Positions 54,959-64,000 of a stretch of 64,000 nt of DNA are shown here, piece after piece (position 1 is the first letter of the stretch; each line of letters opens with the position of its first letter). The notes beneath the pieces are model-generated. The model was not told where the DNA came from. It saw only the letters and a program-made list of their open reading frames with translations, and made no database searches. Source of the stretch: Minisyncoccota bacterium (GTDB taxonomy: Bacteria; Patescibacteriota; Minisyncoccia; Phycocordibacterales; CAIJYI01). The DNA lies in assembly GCA_023229825.1 (NCBI GenBank), contig JALNYN010000006.1, positions 255-64,254 on the forward strand. The letters are read 5' to 3'. The position numbers were made by a program, and so were the translations under genes.

Positions 54959-56266
54959 TCAATCAGATTTCCTTCCCTTCTCTTTTCCTGAGCCAGCCCC
55001 GTATCCGAGCTCGTCCAAATTTTTCCACACGGCATCTTCCTCCGCAAGCAAAAAACGTTCAACGTGTTCTTGTCTGCCGGGCTGCTCTTCTTTTGTGTTT
55101 GCATAGGCTTCCTTGCCCTTTTCGTCGATCTCCGCTTTGATCCACAGATAGGCAGCTTCTTTTGATACTTTTCCCTGCTCCGCCAATTCACAGATCGTTG
55201 ACCATGTTTCAAAAGGCCCGAGCGCGCGTTTATAAGCGCGTTTGGCTTGCATTGCTTGTTCCACGTCCGCAATATGCAAAACATCGGCAAGGCAGACGTT
55301 GAGTACCAGCGTTCCGATGGAGATAGGTTTGTTGATATCCTTGCTGTCGCGAAGATCATGGGCGCGGTAATTGTGATGGTTTTCGGCAAGTTCGGCTTCG
55401 GTCGCAAAACCCGCTTTTCGCAAAATATCGCCCGATCGTTCTTCGTGCACGCGAATGATGTCGGCCAAGGTACTGTCGGGAGGAAATCCTTTTTCCGCAA
55501 GTTCGTCCGCTTCCCTCTCCGAAAGCGCATACCGCAGAGGAATAATGTCCTTTGCGCGGAAATTCTTTTCTTTCATGAGAGCGGCGATCTTTTCCTCAAA
55601 ATCTGCGCGTCCTTCTGACCCCTGAAACATTTGATCCGCGTCGACGCCGAGCGTTTCGGAAAGCGTTTGAGAAAGCGAAGCATCACCCAAACCGATGCGC
55701 AAACTGATAATGTGTTTCCAGTCTTCGTCGGTGGTACGATTCATAAGTACCGAGGGAGGCACGTCCATCTTTCCGATGTCATGATGAAGGGCTGCGCGCA
55801 AAAAATGTTCTTTAAGAACTCCTTCGTGCTCGAACACCTCATCGAGCGACAAGCCGTATCCCGCTTCGTACTCGTTGCCTTCCACGTTCTTTTTTTTGAC
55901 GGGGACGAATGCCGCCTTTTCCAAGTGATCATGAGCGAGATTGAATACGCGTATTTCGTGCTCGACCGTTTCGGGATCAAAAATGTCCATGGAAGCGATC
56001 AACTGCCAATCTTCATCGGTCAAAAATTTGGCGGACGCCAAACCGCTCTCGTAGTGAGGCGAATCTTCTTCCAGATATTTCTTTTTTGTTTCTTGAATGA
56101 CAGTCTCAAGAAGACCTTCTTCTTTAAGAATGGCGATGGCCTTATCGTAACCTCCTTCCTTTACTATATTCCGAGCTCTTTCCATGCGTTCCCGACCTTT
56201 CTCGGCGGGTCTCGGATCAGGGATCCGTTCTGCTGATTCTGTTGAAAAATCTTCTTGTCTGGACAT
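54959..56266 (-). CDS. HD-domain phosphohydrolase family protein
   Basis: 435 aa; LRAALHHDIGKMD HD motif, second His/Asp cluster (VLHIADVEQAM). Confidence 0.7.
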   Translation of the reverse strand: MSRQEDFSTESAERIPDPRPAEKGRERMERARNIVKEGGYDKAIAILKEEGLLETVIQETKKKYLEEDSPHYESGLASAKFLTDEDWQLIASMDIFDPETVEHEIRVFNLAHDHLEKAAFVPVKKKNVEGNEYEAGYGLSLDEVFEHEGVLKEHFLRAALHHDIGKMDVPPSVLMNRTTDEDWKHIISLRIGLGDASLSQTLSETLGVDADQMFQGSEGRADFEEKIAALMKEKNFRAKDIIPLRYALSEREADELAEKGFPPDSTLADIIRVHEERSGDILRKAGFATEAELAENHHNYRAHDLRDSKDINKPISIGTLVLNVCLADVLHIADVEQAMQAKRAYKRALGPFETWSTICELAEQGKVSKEAAYLWIKAEIDEKGKEAYANTKEEQPGRQEHVERFLLAEEDAVWKNLDELGYGAGSGKEKGRKSD

Positions 56267-56275
56267 GTGATTGGT

Positions 56276-57157
56276 TTATTTTATCTGCAAATTTCGAATA
56301 TATTCGCGAAGTTTTTCGCCGATCTCGGGGTGCTTCATTCCGAGATGTATCGTCGCTTTTACGAAATTGAATTTGTCTCCCGTATCGAGCCATTCCCCGT
56401 CGAGCATGCAGCCGTAGAGCGGCTTGCCTTCTTGCAGCATGGCATCAAACACATCGGCGAGCCGCTGTTCTCCCGACTTCCATTCTTTGAGTTTTCCGAG
56501 GCGTTTGAAAACTTCGGGAGTGAGGATATATTTTCCGGGGACGACGATATTTGACGGCGCTTCCTCTTTTTTCGGCTTCTCGACAAAACTTTTTATTTTC
56601 CAGATCTTTTTGTCCACCTGTTTGCCGTCGATCACGCCGAATTTTGAAACCTCGTTCATCGGAACTTCCGCCAGGCCGATGATCGGAGCGTTATAGGTAT
56701 CATAGGCTTTGATGAGCTGTTTTGAGTTGGGTGTTTTGCTGTCATACAGACAATCGCCGAAAACCACGATCACCGCTTCGTCTTTGCCGATTAAATGCGC
56801 CGCCTGATTGATCGCGTCGCCGTCGCCCTTCGCGGTTTTCTGCCGTACAAACGTAAACCTCGCCAGATTGGGAATGTCCTGCACCGCTTTCACAAGCTCA
56901 TGTTTTTGTTTCTGGACCAGCGTATCTTCGAGTTCGTATGAAATATCGAAATGATCCTCGATGGCGCGTTTGCCGCGTCCTGTGACGAAGATTATGTCCT
57001 CGATCCCCGACGCAACCAGTTCTTCCACAATATATTGAACGACGGGCTTATCGACGACCGGAAGCATTTCTTTCGGCTGAGCTTTGGTGGCAGGAAGAAA
57101 TCTTGTACCGAATCCAGCTACCGGCAATATCGCTTTACGTATTGTATTTTTTGCCAT
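56276..57157 (-). CDS. galU: UTP--glucose-1-phosphate uridylyltransferase
   Basis: 293 aa; AILPVAGFGTRFLPATKAQPKEMLPVVDKPVVQYIVEE is the canonical GalU N-terminus. Confidence 0.9.
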   Translation of the reverse strand: MAKNTIRKAILPVAGFGTRFLPATKAQPKEMLPVVDKPVVQYIVEELVASGIEDIIFVTGRGKRAIEDHFDISYELEDTLVQKQKHELVKAVQDIPNLARFTFVRQKTAKGDGDAINQAAHLIGKDEAVIVVFGDCLYDSKTPNSKQLIKAYDTYNAPIIGLAEVPMNEVSKFGVIDGKQVDKKIWKIKSFVEKPKKEEAPSNIVVPGKYILTPEVFKRLGKLKEWKSGEQRLADVFDAMLQEGKPLYGCMLDGEWLDTGDKFNFVKATIHLGMKHPEIGEKLREYIRNLQIK

Positions 57158-57234
57158 ACAAAAAAAGATACGAATAATATACTTAAATCATATCTCCTTT
57201 TTTCGACAAAGAAAAGGAGTTGATATGCCATTTA

Positions 57235-57264
57235 TTCCTGATACTGATACTTTCCCCTGATACT
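57235..57264 (+). promoter_or_regulatory. R3 motif (TTCCTGATACTGATACTTTCCCCTGATACT) immediately upstream of a TATACT -10-like hexamer (57274-57279) before the pgm/pmm gene
   Basis: direct reading; the same oriented motif precedes glmS and tRNA-Thr. Confidence 0.5.
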
Positions 57265-57287
57265 TCATAATGCTATACTGTATCTCT

Positions 57288-58667
57288 ATGAACACAAAAA
57301 TATTCAAAGCATACGATGTCCGGGGTATATATCCCGATGAGCTGGATGAAAGAGCCGCTTATTCGATCGGCCGCGCCGCGGCGGTATACCTGAAAGCGAA
57401 AAATATTGCTGTCGGACGCGATACGCGCCCGTCTTCAAACGTGCTCTTCACAGCACTCTGCAAAGGAATCAGCGAGGGAGGATCTAATGTTCTGGACCTC
57501 GGTCCGGCACAGACCCCGCTCGTCTATTTTACTTCGCGCCAATCGGGAGTTGACGGCAGCGTTACCATAACGGCTTCTCACAATCCGGTGAATTGGAACG
57601 GGTTTAAGATCACAAAAAGCGATGCGATCCCGATCGGCGAAGATACCGGGCTCAAAGACATTCAGGCTTTAGCGGAAAAAGGTGAATGGAAAAGACTCCT
57701 GATACACGGTATGAACATACCGACTGATGTCAGAGGCCGATATGAAGACCGAATCGCTTCGTTCTGGGACCTCGGAGATAAAAAATATAAAGTGGTGATC
57801 GATGCGGCGAATGCCATGGGTATCCTTGAGCTTCCCATTTACAAAAAATCCGGCGGAAAGGTCTCATTTTCAACCATAAATTGCGATCCGGATCATCCGT
57901 TCGAATGTCATGAAGCCAACCCTCAAAAAACGGAAACACTGGAAGAGCTTCGAAAAAAAGTTACGGAAGAAGGCGCAGATCTCGGGATCGCCTACGATGG
58001 AGATGCCGATCGCATCGGTTTCGTGGACGAAACGGGGGCAGCTGTTCCGATGGATCTCATAACCGGTCTTATCAGCGCTCCGGTGCTTGTAAAATACCCG
58101 AAGGCGGTTATCTATTACGATCTCCGGTCTTCAATGAGCGTTAAAGAAGAGATCGAGAAAAATGGCGGGATCGCAAAAGAATGCATGGTCGGACATGCCA
58201 AAATAAAAAAGCAGATGCGCGGCGACACCGCCGCCATGGCGGGAGAGCTTTCCGGACACTATTATTTCCGCGAGAATTCTTTTGCTGAAATGAGCACGCT
58301 CGCGGCGATCTTCCTTATGAATCATATGGCAAAGACGGGAAAGAAACTTTCCGAACTCATCGCGGAAATTAAAAAATATCATCATTCTGGCGAAGTAAAC
58401 AGCACCGTGGCGGACGCGCCCGGGATCATGGCGAAACTGAAAGAGAAGTACAAAGACGGCGCGCTCATCGAAATTGACGGGATCAAGATATCATATCCGG
58501 ACCCTTCCGGAGGTACTCTCTGGTGGTTTAATGTCCGATCATCCAACACGGAACCCCTCTTGCGTTTGAACGTCGAAGCAAAGACGAAAGAAATGATGGA
58601 AGAAAAAAGGGCCGAATTACTGTCCGTGATAAACGGCGCACCGACCGCTCAAGCGGCACAAGCATAA
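57288..58667 (+). CDS. phosphomannomutase/phosphoglucomutase (alpha-D-phosphohexomutase family)
   Basis: ORF 57270..58667, likely start MNTKIFKAYDVRG at 57288; active-site TITASHNPVNWNGFK, metal loop DGDADR, sugar loop GELSGH. Confidence 0.9.
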   Translation: MNTKIFKAYDVRGIYPDELDERAAYSIGRAAAVYLKAKNIAVGRDTRPSSNVLFTALCKGISEGGSNVLDLGPAQTPLVYFTSRQSGVDGSVTITASHNPVNWNGFKITKSDAIPIGEDTGLKDIQALAEKGEWKRLLIHGMNIPTDVRGRYEDRIASFWDLGDKKYKVVIDAANAMGILELPIYKKSGGKVSFSTINCDPDHPFECHEANPQKTETLEELRKKVTEEGADLGIAYDGDADRIGFVDETGAAVPMDLITGLISAPVLVKYPKAVIYYDLRSSMSVKEEIEKNGGIAKECMVGHAKIKKQMRGDTAAMAGELSGHYYFRENSFAEMSTLAAIFLMNHMAKTGKKLSELIAEIKKYHHSGEVNSTVADAPGIMAKLKEKYKDGALIEIDGIKISYPDPSGGTLWWFNVRSSNTEPLLRLNVEAKTKEMMEEKRAELLSVINGAPTAQAAQA

Positions 58668-58706
58668 CTTCAGATTTTTTACATTTAATTTTGTTTCATT
58701 TGATCT

Positions 58707-59630
58707 ATGGAAATCTTTTCTGCTATTCTTATTATCATAGGGCTCGCTTTATTCGAAGGAATAAGCAGCTTCGATAATGCGATCATCAATGCCGATGTGT
58801 TGCAAACGGTCGGAAAAAAGGCGCGCAGATGGTTTCTGACATGGGGACTTTTCTTCGGCGTTTTTGTGGTACGAGGCGTGCTGCCGTGGCTGATCCTTTG
58901 GCTCGCAACTCCGGGAGTCGGCCCGGCCGAAACGTTTTTCGCGATGTTTCAAAACAACACATCGGCAAAAGCGGCCATCGAAACGGCGGCTCCGATACTG
59001 CTTGCCGGCGGAGGAATTTTTCTGCTCTTCTTGTTTCTGCATTGGCTCTTTCTTGAGCAGAAAAGTTACGGACTTCCCGGAGAAAAATTCTTCCATACGA
59101 ATGGATTGTGGTTTTATGCCGTGGTATCGATCATCCTCTCGGGTATCGTATGGTTTGCGATAAAGATCAATCCCATGATGGCTTTCGGGGCGGTTGTCGG
59201 CTCATCGGCGTTCTTCATCACTCACGGATTCAAACAGCAGGCCGAAAAAGGCGAAGAAGAGCTGCTGCGAAATAAAGGGTCGCTTTCCGATGTCAGCAAG
59301 ATCGTATATTTGGAGGTGATCGATTCCACTTTTTCCATCGATGGCGTTTTGGGAGCTTTTGCTTTTACCTTCTCTATTCCCCTCATTCTTCTCGGCAACG
59401 GCTTTGGCGCGCTCATCGTTCGATATTTTACGGTAAACAATATTGAGAATGTGAAAAAATACATCTACCTGAAGAACGGTGCGATGTATTCCGTGCTTTT
59501 TCTCGGACTTATCATGACAAGCGAGGCATTTGGAATTCATGTCCCGCCTTGGCTCGCGCCGATAACGACCTTCGGGTCCATCGGATGGTTTTTCCTGAAA
59601 TCAAAAAGAGAGCTGTCCCTCGCTCAATAA
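58707..59630 (+). CDS. DUF475/TerC-like integral membrane protein
   Basis: 307 aa, ~8 TM; LFEGISSFDNAIINA and EVIDSTFSIDGVLGAFAFT motifs typical of DUF475. Confidence 0.6.
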   Translation: MEIFSAILIIIGLALFEGISSFDNAIINADVLQTVGKKARRWFLTWGLFFGVFVVRGVLPWLILWLATPGVGPAETFFAMFQNNTSAKAAIETAAPILLAGGGIFLLFLFLHWLFLEQKSYGLPGEKFFHTNGLWFYAVVSIILSGIVWFAIKINPMMAFGAVVGSSAFFITHGFKQQAEKGEEELLRNKGSLSDVSKIVYLEVIDSTFSIDGVLGAFAFTFSIPLILLGNGFGALIVRYFTVNNIENVKKYIYLKNGAMYSVLFLGLIMTSEAFGIHVPPWLAPITTFGSIGWFFLKSKRELSLAQ

Positions 59631-59666
59631 TCGTTTAACACACCAAAACGACGTATCTGGGGGAGG

Positions 59667-61085
59667 TTATTTATATTGCGAGCGGACATATTGTATGATC
59701 TCCGCCGCTTCCTCTTTCGCATTCATTGAGTTGCCGAGGTAAACAAAAATTGGGCGAGTTTCCATTTTCACTCGTATTTCAAATACGCCGAAAAAACTCT
59801 GGCTTCCATTCGCGTGGGTGATGGCTTTTCCTCCGACAAAATCAGGATCTCCCTCAAAGAGATTGCGATTCGGTATGTCGGCAAACTCAGATTTGGAATA
59901 GGCGCTGTTCGTTCTTCTTCCGGCACTGATATCAAAAATGAATCTTCGATTGTGATAAATATATTTCGAGAGATAAAAAAGATCTTCCGGGCTCGTATAA
60001 GAGGAATCGTTCAAAAAAGAGAACACGGTATCTTTCATGCCGAGGGCCCCCGCTTTTTCTTTCATAAGCGAAACGAATCTTTTTTCCGTAAGATAATTGG
60101 CAAAAATTCGGATCGGTGCAGGATCGGATTGCCGGAGCGAAAGGTGAAGCAGATCGAACGGCGTCGTGATCTCTCCTTGGTGCAGGCGGCTGCTTGAAAC
60201 GCCTTCATACGCGTCCGCATTCAGGGAGATATTTTTTTCGATATTGATATAGTCAGTAGCGACCAGCGCACCAAGAACGGTATCGAAGGATGATAAGGGA
60301 ATTCGCTCCGACTGCCCTTTTCCTAAAAATACGAAGTTGTTACCGATGTCGGCGGCCAAATATTTTTCAGCCGTCATTTCGGGTACGCTGGACTGGTAGA
60401 CAAAAGTGTCGGGAGAGAACTCCTCTTTGAAAACAAGGACCGGCATTCCGACCGTCGCCATTTCAAAAAGGGCTTGCGCGCTTTCATCAGAAAGACGGAT
60501 GCAGCCTCCGGAATATGTTGAGGCAACCGGCGTGCCGTCTGAATAGTAAGGCCAGCCGTGGATAAAAAAGTTGCCTTGAAACGCCATACTCCAAGGCTGG
60601 TATACGTGTCCGAACGTGGAAAAATGATTCTTCTCCTTGCTCGCGATCTTATAAATTCCGGCCGGAGTTTCCCACCAGGAGCCTTCCTTCCCCTTCGTGA
60701 GGATCGGAAATTCGGCTACAGACACGCCCGCTTTGTATACGTAAAGTTTCATCTGTGAAAGATCCGCTTCGATGAAGCTCGTCTTTTGTTCCAGCATATC
60801 GCCCCTAACTTTTTTAAAGAAATCCGGATCGGAAAGCGCCGGCTGTTCTCCATAGGAAAAAACCGGGACGCTTTTTTTCTCGGCCGATGGCAGCGATAAA
60901 GAATAATTGAGCACCGTCGGACGCGCGGAAGCAAAGATCGCAAACATCCCAAGGCCCATGCCAACGACAAGGAACGCGACTGCCCAAAATGGAAGAGGAA
61001 AAGTGAGAAACTTCTTCATGACTATATAATAACACGAGAGTGGTAAAAATATAATCGACAAAAAAAGAAAACCGAAAAATTTCAA
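59667..61085 (-). CDS. L,D-transpeptidase (YkuD-domain) family protein, membrane-anchored
   Basis: 472 aa; N-terminal TMs; catalytic FFIHGWPYYSDGTPVASTYSGGCIRLSDESA (His...Cys in SGGCIRL). Confidence 0.8.
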   Translation of the reverse strand: MKFFGFLFLSIIFLPLSCYYIVMKKFLTFPLPFWAVAFLVVGMGLGMFAIFASARPTVLNYSLSLPSAEKKSVPVFSYGEQPALSDPDFFKKVRGDMLEQKTSFIEADLSQMKLYVYKAGVSVAEFPILTKGKEGSWWETPAGIYKIASKEKNHFSTFGHVYQPWSMAFQGNFFIHGWPYYSDGTPVASTYSGGCIRLSDESAQALFEMATVGMPVLVFKEEFSPDTFVYQSSVPEMTAEKYLAADIGNNFVFLGKGQSERIPLSSFDTVLGALVATDYINIEKNISLNADAYEGVSSSRLHQGEITTPFDLLHLSLRQSDPAPIRIFANYLTEKRFVSLMKEKAGALGMKDTVFSFLNDSSYTSPEDLFYLSKYIYHNRRFIFDISAGRRTNSAYSKSEFADIPNRNLFEGDPDFVGGKAITHANGSQSFFGVFEIRVKMETRPIFVYLGNSMNAKEEAAEIIQYVRSQYK

Positions 61086-61304
61086 AAATATCTGTTCATT
61101 TCATTCCAAACTCGTCGGTTGTAAATTCTAGCATATGCTAGAATTTACAACCGATTTTTTATTCCTACAATAAAGGAAATTTTATCGATGGATGCAAATT
61201 TGCGCATGTGAATAAAAATTTACATCCATATTTTAGTAAGTGAGCCGCGCCGTCTTTTGCTTATCACACGCAAAAAAAATCACCCTTCGGGATGATTTTA
61301 TTTG

Positions 61305-61377
61305 TGGGCGATAAGGGATTTGAACCCCTGACCTTCGCAGTGTAAATGCGCTGCTCTACCAACTGAGCTAATCGCCC
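61305..61377 (-). tRNA. tRNA-Val(TAC)
   Basis: minus strand gggcgat-ta-gctcagttggtagagc-a-gcgca-ttTACac-tgcga-aggtc-agggg-ttcaaat-ccctt-atcgccc-a. Confidence 0.8.
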
Positions 61378-61431
61378 GAATATTTATAATTTTTCCAAAT
61401 GTATCAGATTTACTCCTTCTCGTGTTGTCCT

Positions 61432-61470
61432 TGATGTGGATACCGGATCCCGGTCCGGCATGACGACGGA
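61432..61470. repeat. family R1 half-unit
   Basis: gatgtggataccggatcccggtccggcatgacgacgg. Confidence 0.7.
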
Positions 61471-61565
61471 AAAGTGATATTATTTTCAATATACCAGATT
61501 TTTCTCTAAATCACCACCTGACGAAATTTTTATTCGTCCGTCGTCGACTTTTTCCTTTTTACTTT

Positions 61566-61612
61566 CGCGTGTCCCCTCGGTAGGATATCTCGCCTTACTG
61601 GCGCAGTACCCC
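61566..61612. repeat. direct partial copy of tRNA-Arg 3' end (GCGTGTCCCCTCGGTAGGA) followed by motif CTTACTGGCGCAGTACCCC (also at 52128-52148 near tRNA-Leu)
   Basis: compare 61776-61797 gcgtgtccccccggtaggaatcg (tRNA-Arg 3' end) and 52128 ccctactggcgcagtaccc. Confidence 0.65.
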
Positions 61613-61783
61613 AATTGGATATTTTGTTTCTCCGCCAGCTGGCGAATCACAAAATCTCTCAATCGGGCTTCGATTCCTAACGCGAATGAGGAGCATCTCA
61701 CTCGCTCCGAGGGGTTTTGTGAGTATGTTTAATTTGTTCGTCGTCCCCGATACTGATACTTTTCCCAGATACTTCGTGCGTGT

Positions 61784-61854
61784 CCCCCCGGTAGGAATCG
61801 AACCTACATCCAGAACTTAGAAGGTTCTTGTTCTATCCATTGAACTACGGGAGG
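61784..61854 (-). tRNA. tRNA-Arg(TCT)
   Basis: minus strand cctcccg-ta-gttcaatggatagaac-a-agaac-ctTCTaa-gttct-ggatg-gtagg-ttcgatt-cctac-cgggggg-a. Confidence 0.8.
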
Positions 61855-61909
61855 AATTTCAACCTCTTTGATCTCGTCGTCCCCGATACTTTATCACACA
61901 ATACAGATT

Positions 61910-62284
61910 TTACTCCGCTAAGTCAATGTTTTCCGTCTGCGATACGGGCACATCTGATACTCTCTGAGAAGAAGGGTCTCTGAAGGGTACGGGATCTTTG
62001 ACCATTGCGTCGAAGCGCTTTTTTTTCAATTCATACAAACTGATCACACTATCAAGATTTTTTTGCTGAATTCGTTCCGGAGCGCTTCCTTCGGCATCTT
62101 CTCGTGAAAAGAAACGACTGTCGGTTATGGTCATATAAAAGGAGAAATGAGAGATCGCAAAAATGATCAGAAATAAAGAAGCGACACATACTATAATTGC
62201 CCAGTCGCGGCGAACATGCGCGATCCATTTTCCCGCATCCTTGTCATTGAGCGCTTTAAAATTGAACGAGAATAAATCTTTCAT
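61910..62284 (-). CDS. hypothetical membrane protein (last gene of pilus cluster)
   Basis: 124 aa; single TM IIVCVASLFLIIFAISHFSF; position after pilO suggests a PilP-like or minor component, unverified. Confidence 0.45.
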   Translation of the reverse strand: MKDLFSFNFKALNDKDAGKWIAHVRRDWAIIVCVASLFLIIFAISHFSFYMTITDSRFFSREDAEGSAPERIQQKNLDSVISLYELKKKRFDAMVKDPVPFRDPSSQRVSDVPVSQTENIDLAE

Positions 62285-62290
62285 ATCTTT

Positions 62291-62821
62291 TTATTTGTCC
62301 AGATAACTTTCAAGGGTAATAAGAAATGATCCGGTCCATTCGCTCGCGTCTTGCTCGCTGTTCTTCGATTGTGAGATCGCCGCGGTCTTTACGGTAACTT
62401 TGTGCGGCATCTCGTCAATAAGTCCAAAAAGCCGATATATGTCTTCGAATTTTCCCTTGGCGCTGAAATCGAGAAGGAAGCTCTCCCCGGGTTTTTTCGG
62501 CGAAACGACCGATTTGATCGTAACTTTCGTGCCGGTAATGACGCCCAATTTTTCCACCTGTTCAATGAAAGTAACCGCTTGTTCCGGCTTGATGAAGTAC
62601 GCATCCAGAATTTTTCGCTTGTCCACCGTGTCAACAAGAGATCTCTCTGTGGCATTCAAAGCGTCCTTTTCAGATTCTTTTTTAAAAAGCGAAGAATATA
62701 TTTCCGCAGTCTGTTTATTGTTCTTCCATATCGAAAAGAACATCCATCCGTACAGGCACGCGAAAATCACATTGACAATCGAGAAAAAAATCAGAATTCT
62801 TCGTATTTTTTTATTCTGCAT
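62291..62821 (-). CDS. PilO-like type IV pilus assembly protein
   Basis: 176 aa; N-terminal TM (ILIFFSIVNVIFACLYGWMFFSIW), coiled coil, C-terminal alpha/beta domain; follows pilN. Confidence 0.55.
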   Translation of the reverse strand: MQNKKIRRILIFFSIVNVIFACLYGWMFFSIWKNNKQTAEIYSSLFKKESEKDALNATERSLVDTVDKRKILDAYFIKPEQAVTFIEQVEKLGVITGTKVTIKSVVSPKKPGESFLLDFSAKGKFEDIYRLFGLIDEMPHKVTVKTAAISQSKNSEQDASEWTGSFLITLESYLDK

Positions 62822-62825
62822 GTGT

Positions 62826-63389
62826 TTATATGGAGCTCTTAACGACGATATTTATGCTGTACGGAAAGTTCGATTCGCTTATCAGTGAAGATATTGGCAG
62901 ATCGACGGATTCGAAATTATTGTTTTTACGGAGAAGTCTGACAAAAGTTTGAATGACTTCCCTCCCCTCAGATACCCCTTGAAGAACTATGGTCGTAGTC
63001 GGATCGGTTTTTTTTCTTCCCGCCGCTATCGTCCGGTAATCATAACCCGCGATCGAAACGCCCTCCGGACGCGCCTTTAATATCTCATCGAAGATAGCGC
63101 CGGCATTATTTTTCGCGATCGGCTCTTTAAGCAGCGAGATCTTTTTATTTGCGTCAAGAACCGCTTGTTTCATTTCGTCTGCCTGCGTTTTTTTGCTGAC
63201 GGCCTCCGCGCTTTGGGATTCTTTAAGAGTATTTTTGTTTGAAACCTGAGCGAAGTAATAAGATGGAAAAAGCGAAACGATCGCAACAGAGAGCACTCCG
63301 GCAGATAGAGGAAGACACACGGAAACCACCCTCCAATAATAATCGGTGCGAATCTTCTTTTTTTCTTCAAAGGGTAAAAGATTGATCAT
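62826..63389 (-). CDS. pilN: type IV pilus assembly protein PilN
   Basis: 187 aa; hallmark N-terminal MINLLPFEEKKK then TM VVSVCLPLSAGVLSVAIVSLF. Confidence 0.75.
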   Translation of the reverse strand: MINLLPFEEKKKIRTDYYWRVVSVCLPLSAGVLSVAIVSLFPSYYFAQVSNKNTLKESQSAEAVSKKTQADEMKQAVLDANKKISLLKEPIAKNNAGAIFDEILKARPEGVSIAGYDYRTIAAGRKKTDPTTTIVLQGVSEGREVIQTFVRLLRKNNNFESVDLPISSLISESNFPYSINIVVKSSI

Positions 63390-63402
63390 TTTTTATATAT
63401 TA

Positions 63403-64000
63403 CTATTGCGAGTTCTTCGTATACATAGCCAGACCGATCGCGGTTGAGTACAAAAGAGATTCGTGAAATGTGATCTTGGGGATGTTTTCATCGAAAGAAA
63501 AAAGATTTCCCCAGACATTCGCCACGTCTACCGGAATATGCAGCGTAGCAGAAAGATAGTCCTGCAGACCGAATAGCGTAGCTCCCGATCCGCCAAGAAC
63601 CACCCTGCCCACCTTTTCTTTTTTTTGTCCGTCTTTGTCTTTGTGCGTATGCCAGAAAATGAAATGCTTGTTGACCTCTTCCTCCAATTCCGAAAAAACC
63701 GAAGCGATTATTTCGTGAGCCTCCTTTTCCGGTTTTTCATTCTGTTCCAATTTCTTATACAACTCCTTCGCTTCTTCCGAAGATATGTTCAGCCCTTTCG
63801 AAAGAGCATTTGAAATATCCTTTCCGCCGATATCGATATCTGAAACAAAAGAAACAAAACCGCGGCTTACGATATATACGCCGGTCTTTATGCGGCCAAG
63901 ATCAAGGATCATGGTAGTTTCCGTGCTTCCTTCCGGAATAACGGAACGAGCGAGCGCAGTGGAGTCGGTTTCGAGAGACAATAAGGAGATACCGGCAGAA
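63403..64000 (-). CDS. pilM: type IV pilus assembly protein PilM (actin-like ATPase), C-terminal part; runs off window
   Basis: frame stays open to position 64000; ILDLGRIKTGVYIV, DIDIGGKDI, VVLGGSGATLFGLQDYL match PilM/FtsA-like fold. Confidence 0.75.
   Translation of the reverse strand, partial: SAGISLLSLETDSTALARSVIPEGSTETTMILDLGRIKTGVYIVSRGFVSFVSDIDIGGKDISNALSKGLNISSEEAKELYKKLEQNEKPEKEAHEIIASVFSELEEEVNKHFIFWHTHKDKDGQKKEKVGRVVLGGSGATLFGLQDYLSATLHIPVDVANVWGNLFSFDENIPKITFHESLLYSTAIGLAMYTKNSQ

Noticed and set aside
61490-61740. Possible additional structured RNA gene (RNase P, tmRNA or tRNA) between tRNA-Val and tRNA-Arg
   Set aside because: There is no cloverleaf with acceptable stems. There are no RNase P P4 or tmRNA tag/resume or T-arm signatures. 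The region is explained by the tRNA-Arg 3'-end copy, the CTTACTGGCGCAGTACCCC motif and an R3 copy.
1-64000. Integrase, transposase or recombinase genes that would make the tRNA-associated island or MITEs autonomous
   Set aside because: No ORF with tyrosine or serine recombinase or DDE transposase motifs was found in any frame. Mobility machinery, if any, must lie outside the window.

Overview
This 64-kb window looks like a gene-dense bacterial chromosomal segment of roughly 50 % GC, with most genes on the minus strand. Nearly all intergenic regions carry short palindromic or MITE-like repeats. My guess is an uncultivated small-genome lineage such as CPR/Patescibacteria, but that is inference only. 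Housekeeping genes I recognise include idi, radC, glmS, ung, rplS (L19), galU, a phosphomannomutase/phosphoglucomutase, a RluA-family pseudouridine synthase, a class IV aminotransferase, an M18 aminopeptidase, a glutamine-synthetase-family enzyme, a YvcK/CofD-family protein and a MazG-like pyrophosphohydrolase. There are five tRNA genes (Gln-CTG, Thr-GGT, His-GTG, Leu-GAG, Arg-TCT, Val-TAC; six counting Val) and the start of a type IV pilus pilM-pilN-pilO operon at the right edge. Envelope and secretion content is rich: a 1352-aa secreted protein fusing a beta-helix region to an LCAT-like lipase, a PKD-domain protein, a Pro-rich repeat protein, an L,D-transpeptidase, a CPBP protease and a MacB/FtsX-type ABC pair. 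The most striking feature is a 3.8-kb AT-rich island (31.2–35.0 kb) directly downstream of tRNA-Gln. It carries a three-gene operon led by a reverse transcriptase of the Abi/defence-associated type (motifs CYPSVYTHS, IPQGS, YRDD) plus two uncharacterised partner proteins, and is a candidate novel RT-based defence system. Other notable items are: a signal-peptide-bearing Hcp (T6SS tube)-like protein with no T6SS context; a response regulator / histidine kinase / isoprenoid-synthase-like / idi operon; a free-standing double-motif LAGLIDADG endonuclease wedged between rplS and tRNA-Leu; copies of tRNA terminal segments near four tRNA genes; several interspersed repeat families; a complete mini transcription unit for a 43-aa peptide; and a frameshifted remnant of a PQQ-dependent sugar dehydrogenase. 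No rRNA, CRISPR array or integrase was seen.
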